From: a bacterium UBP13_UBA5359 | Lineage (GTDB): Bacteria > UBP13 > UBA5359 | Assembly (NCBI GenBank): GCA_002410925.1 | Contig: DHPR01000029.1 | Location: forward strand, 1 to 64,000 | DNA: 64,000 nucleotides | Direction of reading: 5' to 3' | In this document: positions 35,196-44,809 of the stretch, one piece after another | Layout of the letters: every line of letters starts with the position of its first letter | Numbering within the stretch: position 1 is the stretch's first letter | Made by a program: the position numbers and the translations under genes | The notes under the pieces: model-generated | Told to the model about the DNA's origin: nothing | What the model saw: the letters and a program-made list of their open reading frames with translations, nothing else | Databases searched by the model: none

Positions 35196-36487
35196 TTAGA
35201 ATAGATAATGCTGTTATCATTCCTTCGCCCGATCAATATATTGATAGAGGGCATATAGTTATCGAGAAGAATACCATACTTCACGTCGGTGACGATCTGC
35301 CCGAGCACTACCGGCAGGCCGATACGATCATAGATGCCTCCGGCTTGTTGGCCATACCAGGGCTGATCAATGCTCATACCCATCTAGCCATGTCTTTATT
35401 GCGTGGATATGCCGATGATATGCCGCTCCTGCCCTGGCTGCATGAGAAGATCTGGCCGGCCGAGGCCCGACTGGAGGAAGAAGATATATACTGGGGTTCC
35501 ATGCTGGGAATTCTGGAAATGATACGCGGCGGCACGACCTCCTGCGCCGATATGTACTGGCAAGCGCCGGCCACAGCCCAGGCGGTCGAAAAGAGCGGGC
35601 TGAGAGCTTCTATCTGCGACGTAATTATCGGTCTGCACCCCGAAGCAGACCGCCTGCTGGCCGAAAGTATAGATTTTTGCCGTGAGTGGCAAGGCAAAGC
35701 CGACGGCCGCATTACCACCATGCTCGGGCCTCATGCTCCCTACTCCTGTCCGCCGAGTATATTGGAAAAGATTGTGGAGGCTTCATTGGAACTGGATGTA
35801 GGCCTGCACATACATCTCTCGGAAACCGTAGCGGAGGTGCAGGAATCCATTGAACAATATGGGAAAACTCCTATCGCCATGATGGCCGGGCTGGGAGTAT
35901 TGGAGCGCCCTACATTGGCAGCCCACTGCGTGCATCCCGTAGAGGATGAAATAGATATTCTGGCTCGCTTTGGAGCAGTGGTAGCGCACAACCCCGGCAG
36001 CAATATGAAGCTGGGGAGCGGCATAGCGCCGGTACCCGCCATGCTCAAAGCCGGCATAAAAACGTCCCTGGGAACAGATGGAGCCGCCAGCAATAATAAT
36101 TTGGATATGTTTGAGGAAATGCGCCTGGCAGCCTTGCTGCATAAAGCAGCAGAGGAAGATCCCACCGTCATTCCCGCCGGACAGGCCCTATCCATGGCCA
36201 CTGAAGCAGGTGCTGCGGCGCTGCGTATTAAAAATCTGGGAAGCCTCGAACCGGGTAATCTGGCGGATATCGTTCTTATCAACCTGAATAAACCTCATCT
36301 GACGCCGCATAACAACTATATTTCTGATCTGGTCTACAGCGCTGAAGCAGCCGATGTGGATACGGTTATCATCGATGGTAAAATACTGCTGCAAAAAGGA
36401 CTCTTTACCGAATTAGACGAAGAGGAGATCATGGCCAAAGCAACGAAAAGAGCCAAACGTTTGCTGCGTGTACCTTCGGAGGCCTAA
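35192..36487 (+). CDS. mtaD: 5-methylthioadenosine/S-adenosylhomocysteine deaminase
   Basis: PGLINAHTH, LRGYADD, GPHAPY, HIHLSET, AHCVH, SNMKLGSG, GTDGAASNN. ATGA overlap. Confidence 0.92.
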   Translation: MIRIDNAVIIPSPDQYIDRGHIVIEKNTILHVGDDLPEHYRQADTIIDASGLLAIPGLINAHTHLAMSLLRGYADDMPLLPWLHEKIWPAEARLEEEDIYWGSMLGILEMIRGGTTSCADMYWQAPATAQAVEKSGLRASICDVIIGLHPEADRLLAESIDFCREWQGKADGRITTMLGPHAPYSCPPSILEKIVEASLELDVGLHIHLSETVAEVQESIEQYGKTPIAMMAGLGVLERPTLAAHCVHPVEDEIDILARFGAVVAHNPGSNMKLGSGIAPVPAMLKAGIKTSLGTDGAASNNNLDMFEEMRLAALLHKAAEEDPTVIPAGQALSMATEAGAAALRIKNLGSLEPGNLADIVLINLNKPHLTPHNNYISDLVYSAEAADVDTVIIDGKILLQKGLFTELDEEEIMAKATKRAKRLLRVPSEA

Positions 36488-36508
36488 GCTTTTGCCCTCC
36501 ATTCCCTC

Positions 36509-36537
36509 TTGACATACGCCCAAACAAGCTCTATAAT
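36509..36537 (+). promoter_or_regulatory. Consensus sigma-70 promoter of dinB
   Basis: TTGACA-N17-TATAAT. Confidence 0.85.
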
Positions 36538-36545
36538 CCGTTTAT

Positions 36546-36559
36546 AGAACATATGTTTG
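36546..36559. promoter_or_regulatory. LexA (SOS/Cheo-type) operator
   Basis: AGAACATATGTTTG (GAAC-N4-GTTY) at the predicted start site of dinB. Confidence 0.8.
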
Positions 36560-36583
36560 CCCGCACGGAGAGGGAGCTCTTTA

Positions 36584-37756
36584 ATGGCGAAAAAAACACC
36601 TGTTATCGCTCATATCGATATGAACGCCTTCTTTGCTTCCGTAGAGCAAAGAAACAATCCTTCTCTGAGAGGGCAACCTGTAGCTGTGTGCGGGACAGGA
36701 AAAAGAACTATTATCTCGGCTGCTTCCTATGAGGCTAAAGCTTACGGTGTTAAATCCGGTATGCCTCCGAGACATGCCCTGAAAATCTGCCCCGGTCTGA
36801 TTCTGGTAACCGGAAGCGGGCGTAAATACGCAGATACCTCTGCCGAAATAATAGCTTTATTTAAAAAGTTCTCCCCCACGGTGGAGGTCGCAAGCATAGA
36901 CGAGGCATTTCTCGATCTAACGACCTCCGCCACCCCCTCTTTCTATGAAGCAAAAAAAACAGCCCGCTGTATTAAAGCGGCCGTTTTGCATGAAACCGGT
37001 CTGACATGCTCCGTAGGGATAGCCTGCAACAAGCTTTTGGCTAAATTGGGCAGCGACCTGCAAAAGCCGGATGGATTGGTAATAATTACTCCGGAAGAAT
37101 CTGCAGCTCTGCTTGAAAACCTGCCCGTAGATAAACTCTGTGGCATCGGCCCCTCTACGACTGCCGCTCTCCGCCTTATGGGAATACGAACCTGCGGCCA
37201 ATTGGGAAAATATCCGCTTTACCTGTTACGCCGTCGTTTCGGGATGCTTGGAGAGAAGCTGCACCTGATGGGGCTGGGCCTGGATTATTCCCTGGTGATC
37301 CCTCCGGAGAGGAGCCCAAAAACAAAATCATTCGGCCATTCCCTTACCCTCTCCCGAGATACCTCCGACATCGGCCTGCTATCCGAACATCTGCTGCAGT
37401 TAAGCCAGGCTGTAGGCAGACGGCTGCGAGCCGATTCTGCCTGCGGCAACGTCCTGGCTCTAACGGTACGCTATGCCGATTTCAGTATCATAAGCCGTCA
37501 AAAGAAGCTTTATACGCCTGTAAGCCATAGCCTGGATATATTCAATATTGCTCGTAATATCCTTCTGAACCTGAAACTCCATCTTCCCGTACGCCTGTTA
37601 GGCGTAACTCTGTCAGGCATAAAGAGAACCGAGCAGCTATCGCTCTTTTGTATAGAAAACAAGCGCTATATGGCTCAGCAGGCAATGGATGATATTAATA
37701 ACCGCTACGGCGATAAAACCGTTGCCTGGGGAACAGCCGCAGGTTCCGTATCCTAA
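36584..37756 (+). CDS. dinB: DNA polymerase IV
   Basis: HIDMNAFFASVE, ASYEAK, SIDEAFLD, KLLAKL.SD..KPDG, VRLLGV. Confidence 0.95.
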   Translation: MAKKTPVIAHIDMNAFFASVEQRNNPSLRGQPVAVCGTGKRTIISAASYEAKAYGVKSGMPPRHALKICPGLILVTGSGRKYADTSAEIIALFKKFSPTVEVASIDEAFLDLTTSATPSFYEAKKTARCIKAAVLHETGLTCSVGIACNKLLAKLGSDLQKPDGLVIITPEESAALLENLPVDKLCGIGPSTTAALRLMGIRTCGQLGKYPLYLLRRRFGMLGEKLHLMGLGLDYSLVIPPERSPKTKSFGHSLTLSRDTSDIGLLSEHLLQLSQAVGRRLRADSACGNVLALTVRYADFSIISRQKKLYTPVSHSLDIFNIARNILLNLKLHLPVRLLGVTLSGIKRTEQLSLFCIENKRYMAQQAMDDINNRYGDKTVAWGTAAGSVS

Positions 37757-37777
37757 CATACCTCTGTAAGCACACAG

Positions 37778-37957
37778 CTATACGTCGGATGCTTTTTCAA
37801 GATGCTCAGCGACCCGGAGCTTAATGATGGACTGCCCGGGCATACCTAAACGTCTTGCCTCCTTATCCAACAATTGCACCATCCACAAGGGAAAATCAAC
37901 ATTCACCCTTTTTTGTTCCTGCTTGGGCCTACGAGCTTTTGGTAGGTCAAGATGCGG
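37778..37957 (-). pseudogene. N-terminally truncated BrnA/CopG-type antitoxin remnant
   Basis: Manual translation PHLDLPKARRPKQEQKRVNVDFPLWMVQLLDKEARRLGMPGQSIIKLRVAEHLEKASDV*. In-frame TAA a few codons upstream, no upstream start, no toxin gene. Confidence 0.7.
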
Positions 37958-38009
37958 AGGGTGTGGGTCCGGCGACGTCCTTTATCCCTCTGCGTTGCTT
38001 ATCGCTTGC

Positions 38010-39824
38010 TTAGAAGCCCCACTTGACCCTAACGTTTACCGTTCTGCCCGGCATAGGGTAACCATCCTGCTCATAGTAATCAATATCAAAAAGATTATCG
38101 ATTCCCAACACCAAATCAATATTCCCGGCCAATTGCCGTGCCAGCCGTAGATCAACCTTAGTATAGCCGGATATAGCAGTAGTACTGCCGGTCTGCTTGC
38201 CTATGAATCTGGCATTGAGTTGCCCGGATAACTTACGTCCCTCAGCAAAGCGTAAGCCGGCAGCGGCACTGTTCTCAGGACTATAGGGCAGGCGTGAATT
38301 GCCAAGCGTATTTCTGGCATCCAGCCAGGTATAGTTAACAAAACCGCTCAAACCAGGATGCAACTCTCTAGCTAATTCCACCTCAAAGCCCTGTAGCCTG
38401 GCCTGATCTATGTTCCTGGGAGACCATACTCCAAAGCCATTATCACCCCATCGTATAAGGTTTTTTATGTCCTGCCTGAACAGGGTGAATCTGGCATCGG
38501 TACTGAATATTTTCCTTTCCAAGCCCAGTTCATAGGCGTTGGAATGCTCCGGTCGCAGATTGGGATTGCCTATCATATAGGGAGGTTCATTCCAGTAAAG
38601 ATCCTGAAATACCGGCGGCCTGAACCCCTGCCCGACAGAGCCTCTGATCAGACTGCCGCCCAGCCTGTATGTAACTCCCACACGTGGGCTGAACCGAGAG
38701 CCGTAAATAGAATGGCTGTCATAGCGCCCGCCGGCAATAACCATAAACCTATCCGTAGCCGCCATCTCGCCTTGAACGTAGGCGGCTTTGGTGGCGGCAC
38801 GGTGAGTTCCAAGACTGAGGCTGTCTATATTATCCTGGCGCCAATCGAGTCCATAGACCAGATGCCCGGTTGAACCCAAAACGGAATCCCGCTGCAGTGA
38901 CAAACCCAGAGCATTGTTGTCATGCCGGGTATCTACAGGCCAAAACGGATCATCATCGCGATAGCGGAGATTATTCTGATGGAGAAAGGCATTGACAAAA
39001 CTCTTTCCGTTTCCATCGCTGCGATCATAACGCAGCGAGATATAGCTGTTGTCGTTCCACTGAGTAGCAAACGGAGTAGGCCAGTTCTCACTGCCGGATA
39101 CACCTTTGGTCGCATTTAATTTCTGCAAAGACAGGGTCAGCGAAGAGTTTCTGTCCAAAGCCAGATCGGCTCTGGCACTGTAGCTGTCAGCATCATAGAT
39201 GCTGTTGGGAAGAAAACCGTCGCTGGATGCCTTTTCGACGTTAAATGAGTACGCCAGCTTCCCTTCGCCACCCGTATGCGACAGATTATAATTGGAGGCA
39301 CCAAGGCTGCCGGCAGCGGAAGATACTTCGGTCTTGGCCGGTCCGCCTCCTTTTCTGGTGATAATGTTAATAACTCCGCCCAGAGCATAAGCGCCGTATA
39401 GAGATGAGCCGGGACCACGCAATAATTCTATTCTCTCCACATCGGCCACCGGTATGTCGGTTAAATCCACCGTTCCACTCTGAGCAGAATTGAGCGGCCT
39501 GCCGTCAACCATGACCAGCACCTGAGTGGAAGTAGCACCTCTGACCCTGACAGAAGTCAGTGCTCCCCATGAGCCCTGTGTCTTGATCACAACGCCCGGC
39601 AGCAAACTCAGAGCTTCGCCTGCATTTTTGGCTTGTGAAGCAGCTATTTCCTCCGCCTTGACTACATTGATTGTAACCGGCAGCTCTGCGACCGATTGCT
39701 CTATGCGGGTAGCGGTAATTACTACCTCGATATCGGCTTCAGTCTCGGTCTCGGCTGCTGCCGGTAGACAGAAGAGCACAGCCGTGGCTGCTACTAATAA
39801 TAGCTTGAACTCTTTTAATAACAT
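38010..39824 (-). CDS. btuB: TonB-dependent receptor, BtuB-like cobalamin uptake
   Basis: Signal peptide, TonB box EVVITATR, plug (VLVMVDG, IELLRGPGSSLYG..ALGGVINIIT), NPNLRPE, terminal Phe; B12 riboswitch upstream. Confidence 0.88.
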   Translation of the reverse strand: MLLKEFKLLLVAATAVLFCLPAAAETETEADIEVVITATRIEQSVAELPVTINVVKAEEIAASQAKNAGEALSLLPGVVIKTQGSWGALTSVRVRGATSTQVLVMVDGRPLNSAQSGTVDLTDIPVADVERIELLRGPGSSLYGAYALGGVINIITRKGGGPAKTEVSSAAGSLGASNYNLSHTGGEGKLAYSFNVEKASSDGFLPNSIYDADSYSARADLALDRNSSLTLSLQKLNATKGVSGSENWPTPFATQWNDNSYISLRYDRSDGNGKSFVNAFLHQNNLRYRDDDPFWPVDTRHDNNALGLSLQRDSVLGSTGHLVYGLDWRQDNIDSLSLGTHRAATKAAYVQGEMAATDRFMVIAGGRYDSHSIYGSRFSPRVGVTYRLGGSLIRGSVGQGFRPPVFQDLYWNEPPYMIGNPNLRPEHSNAYELGLERKIFSTDARFTLFRQDIKNLIRWGDNGFGVWSPRNIDQARLQGFEVELARELHPGLSGFVNYTWLDARNTLGNSRLPYSPENSAAAGLRFAEGRKLSGQLNARFIGKQTGSTTAISGYTKVDLRLARQLAGNIDLVLGIDNLFDIDYYEQDGYPMPGRTVNVRVKWGF

Positions 39825-39934
39825 CTTGAAATGTCCCTCCCCGTCAAATCAACAACTAAGACCCAACCGGCAGGGGATAAGGGAGCGGGCAATAAAAAGA
39901 GCCATCCTCTTCCCTCCGAAGAGATGCGCTTTGC

Positions 39935-40203
39935 CCGGACGGATAGGTCTCCTGGCTTCCGGATCATCCTACGACCGCACCTTCCCATACCAACAGGCAC
40001 AGTGGCTTGCTGCGGCTTTCGTTCCCGGTTACAGTAGCGGGGNNNNNNNNNNNNNNNNNNNNNNNNNNNNNNNNNNNNNNNNNNNNNNNNNNNNNNNNNN
40101 NNNNNNNNNNNNNNNNNNNNNNNNNNNNNNNNNNNNNNNTCGTTCCCGGTTACAGTAGCGGGGGCTGCGACGGCTTCAAACCGCCTTCCCTTGATCCGTC
40201 CCG
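39935..40203 (-). ncRNA. Cobalamin riboswitch (split by a scaffold gap)
   Basis: AGGGAA...GCCCCCGCTACTGTAA...GCCACTG...GGGAAGG...AGCCAGGAGACC (B12 box), closed by GGACGGAT/ATCCGTCC. Confidence 0.92.
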
Positions 40204-40310
40204 CCGTTCAGTCTCTTATTGAGGTGAGTATAGCATGCAGGAAAAACTTTGGCAACAAGAAAATCGGCCTTGCAAACGCACTCACTTTCCAAATCAACCG
40301 GGGGTCAGGT

Positions 40311-42404
40311 CTACAAATCTATCCTAAAATCAGCTACTTCCCGGAAGAGCTGCTGTAGCCGATAGAGCAGCGAGAGACGATTTTGACAAATATCCTCTTC
40401 TTTAACCATAACCATGACATGGTCGAAGAAATCATTGATCGGGTTACAAAGGCTGAGCAACAGCCCCATAACTCTGTCATAATCAACAGGGGTTTCCATC
40501 AACAGAGGTCCTGCCTCCTCTTCCACATAAGAAAGAGCACGATACAGAGCCTTCTCTTCCTCAGATTGAAAGAGCTCTTCCCTAACTTCCGCTCCCATAA
40601 AATCCTTGAGAATGCTATCAACACGCTTAACAGCCGCAGCCAGAGTTGAAAACTCCGGTGATTTACGCCATAATCCCAAAGCATCAGCCCGTTCACGAGC
40701 ATCCACCGGATCGTCGTAAGATACCGCCATTATGGCGGCAATGGTATCATAGGCATAGTCCTCTTCCGATAAAATAGCTGACAACCTCTCTCCCAGGAAT
40801 TCGTAGAGACTCTGCACCAGTTCCGTCTCTTCTTTTCTAAACTTTACCGGAGGCTGTCCCAGGTTCTCACCGTAACCACGGAAAGCCTCATGTAACAAGG
40901 TATGTAAATGAACTCTTAATCCGGTATCGAGAAGTATTCTGATCACACCATTGCCGCTGCGCCGTAAAGCATATGGATCCTGAGAGCCGGTGGGCTTTAT
41001 GCCGATACCAAAAAAACCGGCCAGCGTATCCAAACGGTCAGCCAGAGCCAGAGCTGCGCCCACCATGGTAGATGGCGTAGAATCACCGGCAAAACGCGGC
41101 AGATAATGTTCATAGATACCAACGGCAACCTCCAGAGGCTCCCCTTCATGTAAGGCGTATTCTCTGCCCATGCTGCCCTGCAGCTCCGGAAACTCTTTGA
41201 CCATATTGGTTACCAGGTCTGCCTTACAGAGCAGAGCGGATCTGTCGGCATAAAGCTTATGCTCCGGGGAGAGTTTGGCAATTTCAGCAATGATTCCGGT
41301 CAGGCGGCGAATACGCTCCGTCTTAGCCTGTAACGATCCCAGCTTCTCCTGGAAGGTAACCCTCTCCAACGAAACCACCCGCTCTTCCAGCTTTACCTTA
41401 CGATCTTCATCATAAAAGAACCGCGCATCAAAAAGACGGGCCTTCAGCACTCTGACATTGCCCTCTCTTACCATATCCAATCCCTCTTCCAGGCCGTTAC
41501 GTACAGCTATAAAAAGAGGAAGCAGATTATCTCCTCCTCCGGCTACAGGAAAGAATTTCTGATGCCGGCGCATGACGGATATCAGTACTTCCCGGGGTAA
41601 ACAGAGATATTCCGGATCGAAACCTCCGGCAAAAGGTGTAGGATATTCCACCAGGAAGGTAACCTCATCCAGCAGGTCTGCATCCAATACGGCCTCTCCC
41701 TGAAACTCTGCTGCCAGATGCTCAGCCCCTTTACGAATCACTGCTTTGCGCTCATCCTGGCGCACAATGACGTATCTGGATGCCATCTCCTCCCAATATT
41801 TCTCAGCTTCAGACAGAGTAAAGGTCTCCGGAGATAAAAAACGATGCCCATAGCTGATATTACCGGATTGCAGGCCGTTAAGCCTGAATTTCAGTGTCTT
41901 TCCTCCAAATAGAGACATCAACCAGCGTATAGGCCGCGCAAACCGCAGCTCACTATTGCCCCAACGCTGCATCTTGGGGAAATAGAGCCCGCTGATAAGC
42001 TCCGGCAGTTTCTGCTCCAACACCGACACAGCATCCGTGCCGGCATCGGCAATAACAGCAAAAACGTATTCACTCCCCTCGATATTGCGTGTTTCAAGCT
42101 GATCCACATCCACTCTCTGACTGCGGGCAAAGCCGGCAGCAGCAGGGCTGGGTTGCCCGTCTTCCTTAAAGGCCACCCTGGCGGCAGGGCCTTTTATCTC
42201 GCGGGTAACCGCGGCCTGGTGTTCAGCTACATCACGGACATAAAGCACCAACCGACGGGGAGTAGCAGCCGTTTCTACCTGGCCATGGGCCAGGCGATTA
42301 TCATTCAAAAGCACAGCCGCCTTATCTTTAAGCTCTACCAGAACCGGCTTCAGATAAGCGGCAGGTATCTCTTCCGTTCCTATTTCAAGCAATAAATCCG
42401 GCAT
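40311..42404 (-). CDS. glyS: Glycine-tRNA ligase beta subunit
   Basis: LLEIGTEEIP, ATPRRL, RFARPIRW, CKADL.T.MV.EFPELQG, GSQDPYALRR, DALR C-terminus. Confidence 0.97.
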   Translation of the reverse strand: MPDLLLEIGTEEIPAAYLKPVLVELKDKAAVLLNDNRLAHGQVETAATPRRLVLYVRDVAEHQAAVTREIKGPAARVAFKEDGQPSPAAAGFARSQRVDVDQLETRNIEGSEYVFAVIADAGTDAVSVLEQKLPELISGLYFPKMQRWGNSELRFARPIRWLMSLFGGKTLKFRLNGLQSGNISYGHRFLSPETFTLSEAEKYWEEMASRYVIVRQDERKAVIRKGAEHLAAEFQGEAVLDADLLDEVTFLVEYPTPFAGGFDPEYLCLPREVLISVMRRHQKFFPVAGGGDNLLPLFIAVRNGLEEGLDMVREGNVRVLKARLFDARFFYDEDRKVKLEERVVSLERVTFQEKLGSLQAKTERIRRLTGIIAEIAKLSPEHKLYADRSALLCKADLVTNMVKEFPELQGSMGREYALHEGEPLEVAVGIYEHYLPRFAGDSTPSTMVGAALALADRLDTLAGFFGIGIKPTGSQDPYALRRSGNGVIRILLDTGLRVHLHTLLHEAFRGYGENLGQPPVKFRKEETELVQSLYEFLGERLSAILSEEDYAYDTIAAIMAVSYDDPVDARERADALGLWRKSPEFSTLAAAVKRVDSILKDFMGAEVREELFQSEEEKALYRALSYVEEEAGPLLMETPVDYDRVMGLLLSLCNPINDFFDHVMVMVKEEDICQNRLSLLYRLQQLFREVADFRIDL

Positions 42405-42415
42405 TTTCAGCTCCT

Positions 42416-43282
42416 TCAGCGCATTAGGGGATATCCCATTCTCTGTCGTTCTTCCAGATACAATTCGGCACAGATCCTGGCCAGATTACGCACCCGGGCG
42501 ATATAGGCCGGGCGCTCAGTAACACTGATGGCGCCACGCGCATCCAGTAGATTGAAGAGATGAGAGCACTTCAACACATAATCGTAGGCCGGCAAAACCT
42601 GCCCCGCTTCGGCAATTTTACGACTCTCAAGCTCATAGGCTTCAAAGAGGGAAGAGAGCATATCTATATCAGCCAGGTTGAAGTTGAAATTGGAAAATTG
42701 GACCTCTCCCTGATGATGTACATCGCCATAGGTAACACCATCCACCCATTCGATATCATAAACGCTATCTACTTGCTGGATATAAGTGGTTATCCGCTCC
42801 AGGCCGTAAGTTATTTCAGCCGCAATGGAAGGTAGATCTATGCCTCCCACTTGCTGAAAATAGGTGAACTGGGTAATCTCCATCCCATCCAGCCAGACCT
42901 CCCAGCCTACACCCCATGCGCCTAGGGTGGGGGATTCCCAATCATCATGGATAAAACGCACATCATGCTCTTCCGGTACCAGCCCCAGCGCTCTGAGGCT
43001 ATCCAGGTAAAGCTTCTGCACATTCTCCGGCGAGGGCTTGAGAATTACCTGATACTGATAATAATGCTGCAGCCGATTGGGATTCTCCCCATAGCGGCCA
43101 TCGGTGGGACGCCTGGAAGGCTGAACATAGGCTACCTTCCAGGGCTCGGGACCCAATGCACCCAGGAAAGTGGCCGGATGCATTGTTCCGGCCCCCATTT
43201 CAATATCGTAAGGTTGCTGAATAACACAGCCTTGATTAGCCCAGTACCGCTCCAGAGCAATAATAATATCCTGGAAATTCAC
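42416..43282 (-). CDS. glyQ: Glycine-tRNA ligase alpha subunit
   Basis: [45 protein letters not shown]. Confidence 0.98.
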   Translation of the reverse strand: MNFQDIIIALERYWANQGCVIQQPYDIEMGAGTMHPATFLGALGPEPWKVAYVQPSRRPTDGRYGENPNRLQHYYQYQVILKPSPENVQKLYLDSLRALGLVPEEHDVRFIHDDWESPTLGAWGVGWEVWLDGMEITQFTYFQQVGGIDLPSIAAEITYGLERITTYIQQVDSVYDIEWVDGVTYGDVHHQGEVQFSNFNFNLADIDMLSSLFEAYELESRKIAEAGQVLPAYDYVLKCSHLFNLLDARGAISVTERPAYIARVRNLARICAELYLEERQRMGYPLMR

Positions 43283-43327
43283 GCTCTCAATTCCTCGCTT
43301 CGCTCACTATTTAATGGCCTTTTTGTT

Positions 43328-43354
43328 GGGGTCAGGCTATAAAGACCTGACCCC
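43328..43354. repeat. REP-like palindrome
   Basis: GGGGTCAGG-ctataaaga-CCTGACCCC; a half copy GGGGTCAGGTCT lies at 40301-40312. Confidence 0.55.
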
Positions 43355-43359
43355 TCATA

Positions 43360-43761
43360 TTATTCATTTTCCGATTCGGCTATATTTCCGCCTTCGGCTA
43401 CTTTCAGGGGCTGGCGGCGCTGCTTATCCAATTCCACCGTACTGCGGGTGATAAAGGCTGCTAGAAGCGCAGCGGCAATGGCGCCTATAGAGACCAACTG
43501 CACCGGAATATCAGCCAGCAGCCGGCCGCCATAGCGCACTTTAATACCGGTTACTTCCCAGTCACGAGCCATCTCCTCCACATCAGCGAAGAGTTCCATG
43601 GCCGAAACGAAGACATCCTCACGTTCCTTGCGCCTTGCTTCCAGTTTGGCCAGTGCTTCAAGGATATCACCATCCGTCTCCTTTAAGGCTTCCAGGGCTT
43701 CATCATAAGTAGCGCCCACTCTCTCTCGTATGACATCAACACTCTGTAGATCTATCGGCAT
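43360..43761 (-). CDS. UBA-like plus DUF4342 domain protein
   Basis: VDVIRERVGATYDEALEALKETDGDILEAL, then IKVRY...LADIPV...GAIAAALLA. Sits between recO and glyQ. Confidence 0.78.
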   Translation of the reverse strand: MPIDLQSVDVIRERVGATYDEALEALKETDGDILEALAKLEARRKEREDVFVSAMELFADVEEMARDWEVTGIKVRYGGRLLADIPVQLVSIGAIAAALLAAFITRSTVELDKQRRQPLKVAEGGNIAESENE

Positions 43762-43812
43762 ACTTAACCCACCTCCATATTTTGAGCCTGTCTCCAAATA
43801 CTCTTTACCATC

Positions 43813-44586
43813 TTATCCAGTGACTGCTCTCTTATTCTTACGCTCTTCCCTGGCTTGCATCAGGAATTCACGGCTCTTGATCCTGCTTTCAGAGCGATAA
43901 TCTATAAAGGCTCCCATGACTCTCTCTATCTCGGCCAACAGATTCTCCGGGATACCAGCCCTGACTAATTGGCCGATATCGGTGATCAGCAGCAGGCGCA
44001 TCAGGCGTACCGCATCCGCCGATACCGTTGCCAGATGAGCAGCCGAAGGCCGGCACTCCCGGCAAAGCAGGCCGCCGATGGAGACATCGAAGCGCCAGGC
44101 ACTGCCCACCAGGGCATTGCAGCGGGCACAGCGCTCCAGTTGGGGACGATAACCCAGCAACGTCATCAGACGCACTTCAAATATTCTGGCTATCAAATCC
44201 GGCTCCGCTCCGCCTTCCAACAAACGTAATACAGCCCACAATAGATCGAAGATATCATCATGAGCCTCCCGTAATTCGGTGAAGCTGTCCACCAGTTCTA
44301 TAAAATATGTAGCCATAGCAGTAAGGTAGAGATCCTCCCTGACGGCAGGCAGGCCATCTATCAGCTCGGCCTGGGTGATTATATCCAGGTTACGCCCTTC
44401 CGCCAAAAGATAACTGGCATATATAAAGGGCTCCGTCCTGCCCCCCAGACGGCTTTTAGGCTTTCTCGCTCCCTTGGCTACAGCACTTATTTTACCATAA
44501 TTGCGCGCAAATATGGTAACTATCCTATCGGATTCTCCCATAATTCGCCGTCTAAGCACTATGCCTTCTACTTTATACAAAGCCAT
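43813..44586 (-). CDS. recO: DNA repair protein RecO
   Basis: GIVLR...GESDRIV, GKISAVAKGARKPKSR, GYRPQL..CARC...CREC. Confidence 0.95.
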   Translation of the reverse strand: MALYKVEGIVLRRRIMGESDRIVTIFARNYGKISAVAKGARKPKSRLGGRTEPFIYASYLLAEGRNLDIITQAELIDGLPAVREDLYLTAMATYFIELVDSFTELREAHDDIFDLLWAVLRLLEGGAEPDLIARIFEVRLMTLLGYRPQLERCARCNALVGSAWRFDVSIGGLLCRECRPSAAHLATVSADAVRLMRLLLITDIGQLVRAGIPENLLAEIERVMGAFIDYRSESRIKSREFLMQAREERKNKRAVTG

Positions 44587-44750
44587 ATTATCTGCTCCCG
44601 CTATACTGTTGCGTGCATATGCACTAGAGCCAATAATAACATAAATACGTCATTATACTTAAATAACCAACCGAGCACACACGTTGATGTATGCGCCTGC
44701 TTCCGGTTTCCGATTTCTATTTACCCATAAATTATCATTGTGGCTACATA

Positions 44751-44796
44751 ATTAAAGAGGGACGGCCTTCCTTAATGAAGGCCGTCCCTCTTTAAT
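44751..44796. terminator. Intrinsic terminator after nitroreductase
   Basis: AATTAAAGAGGGACGGCCTTC-cttaat-GAAGGCCGTCCCTCTTTAATT inverted repeat. Confidence 0.8.
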
Positions 44797-44809
44797 TTAA
44801 ACTATCGGC

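Noticed and set aside
37790-38005. Possible 6S or other ncRNA between dinB and the TonB receptor
   Set aside because: The minus strand translates to a recognisable antitoxin fragment, which explains the region.
43283-43360. T-box leader for glyQS
   Set aside because: The gap is under 80 nt with no T-box consensus; glyQS appears co-transcribed with recO.
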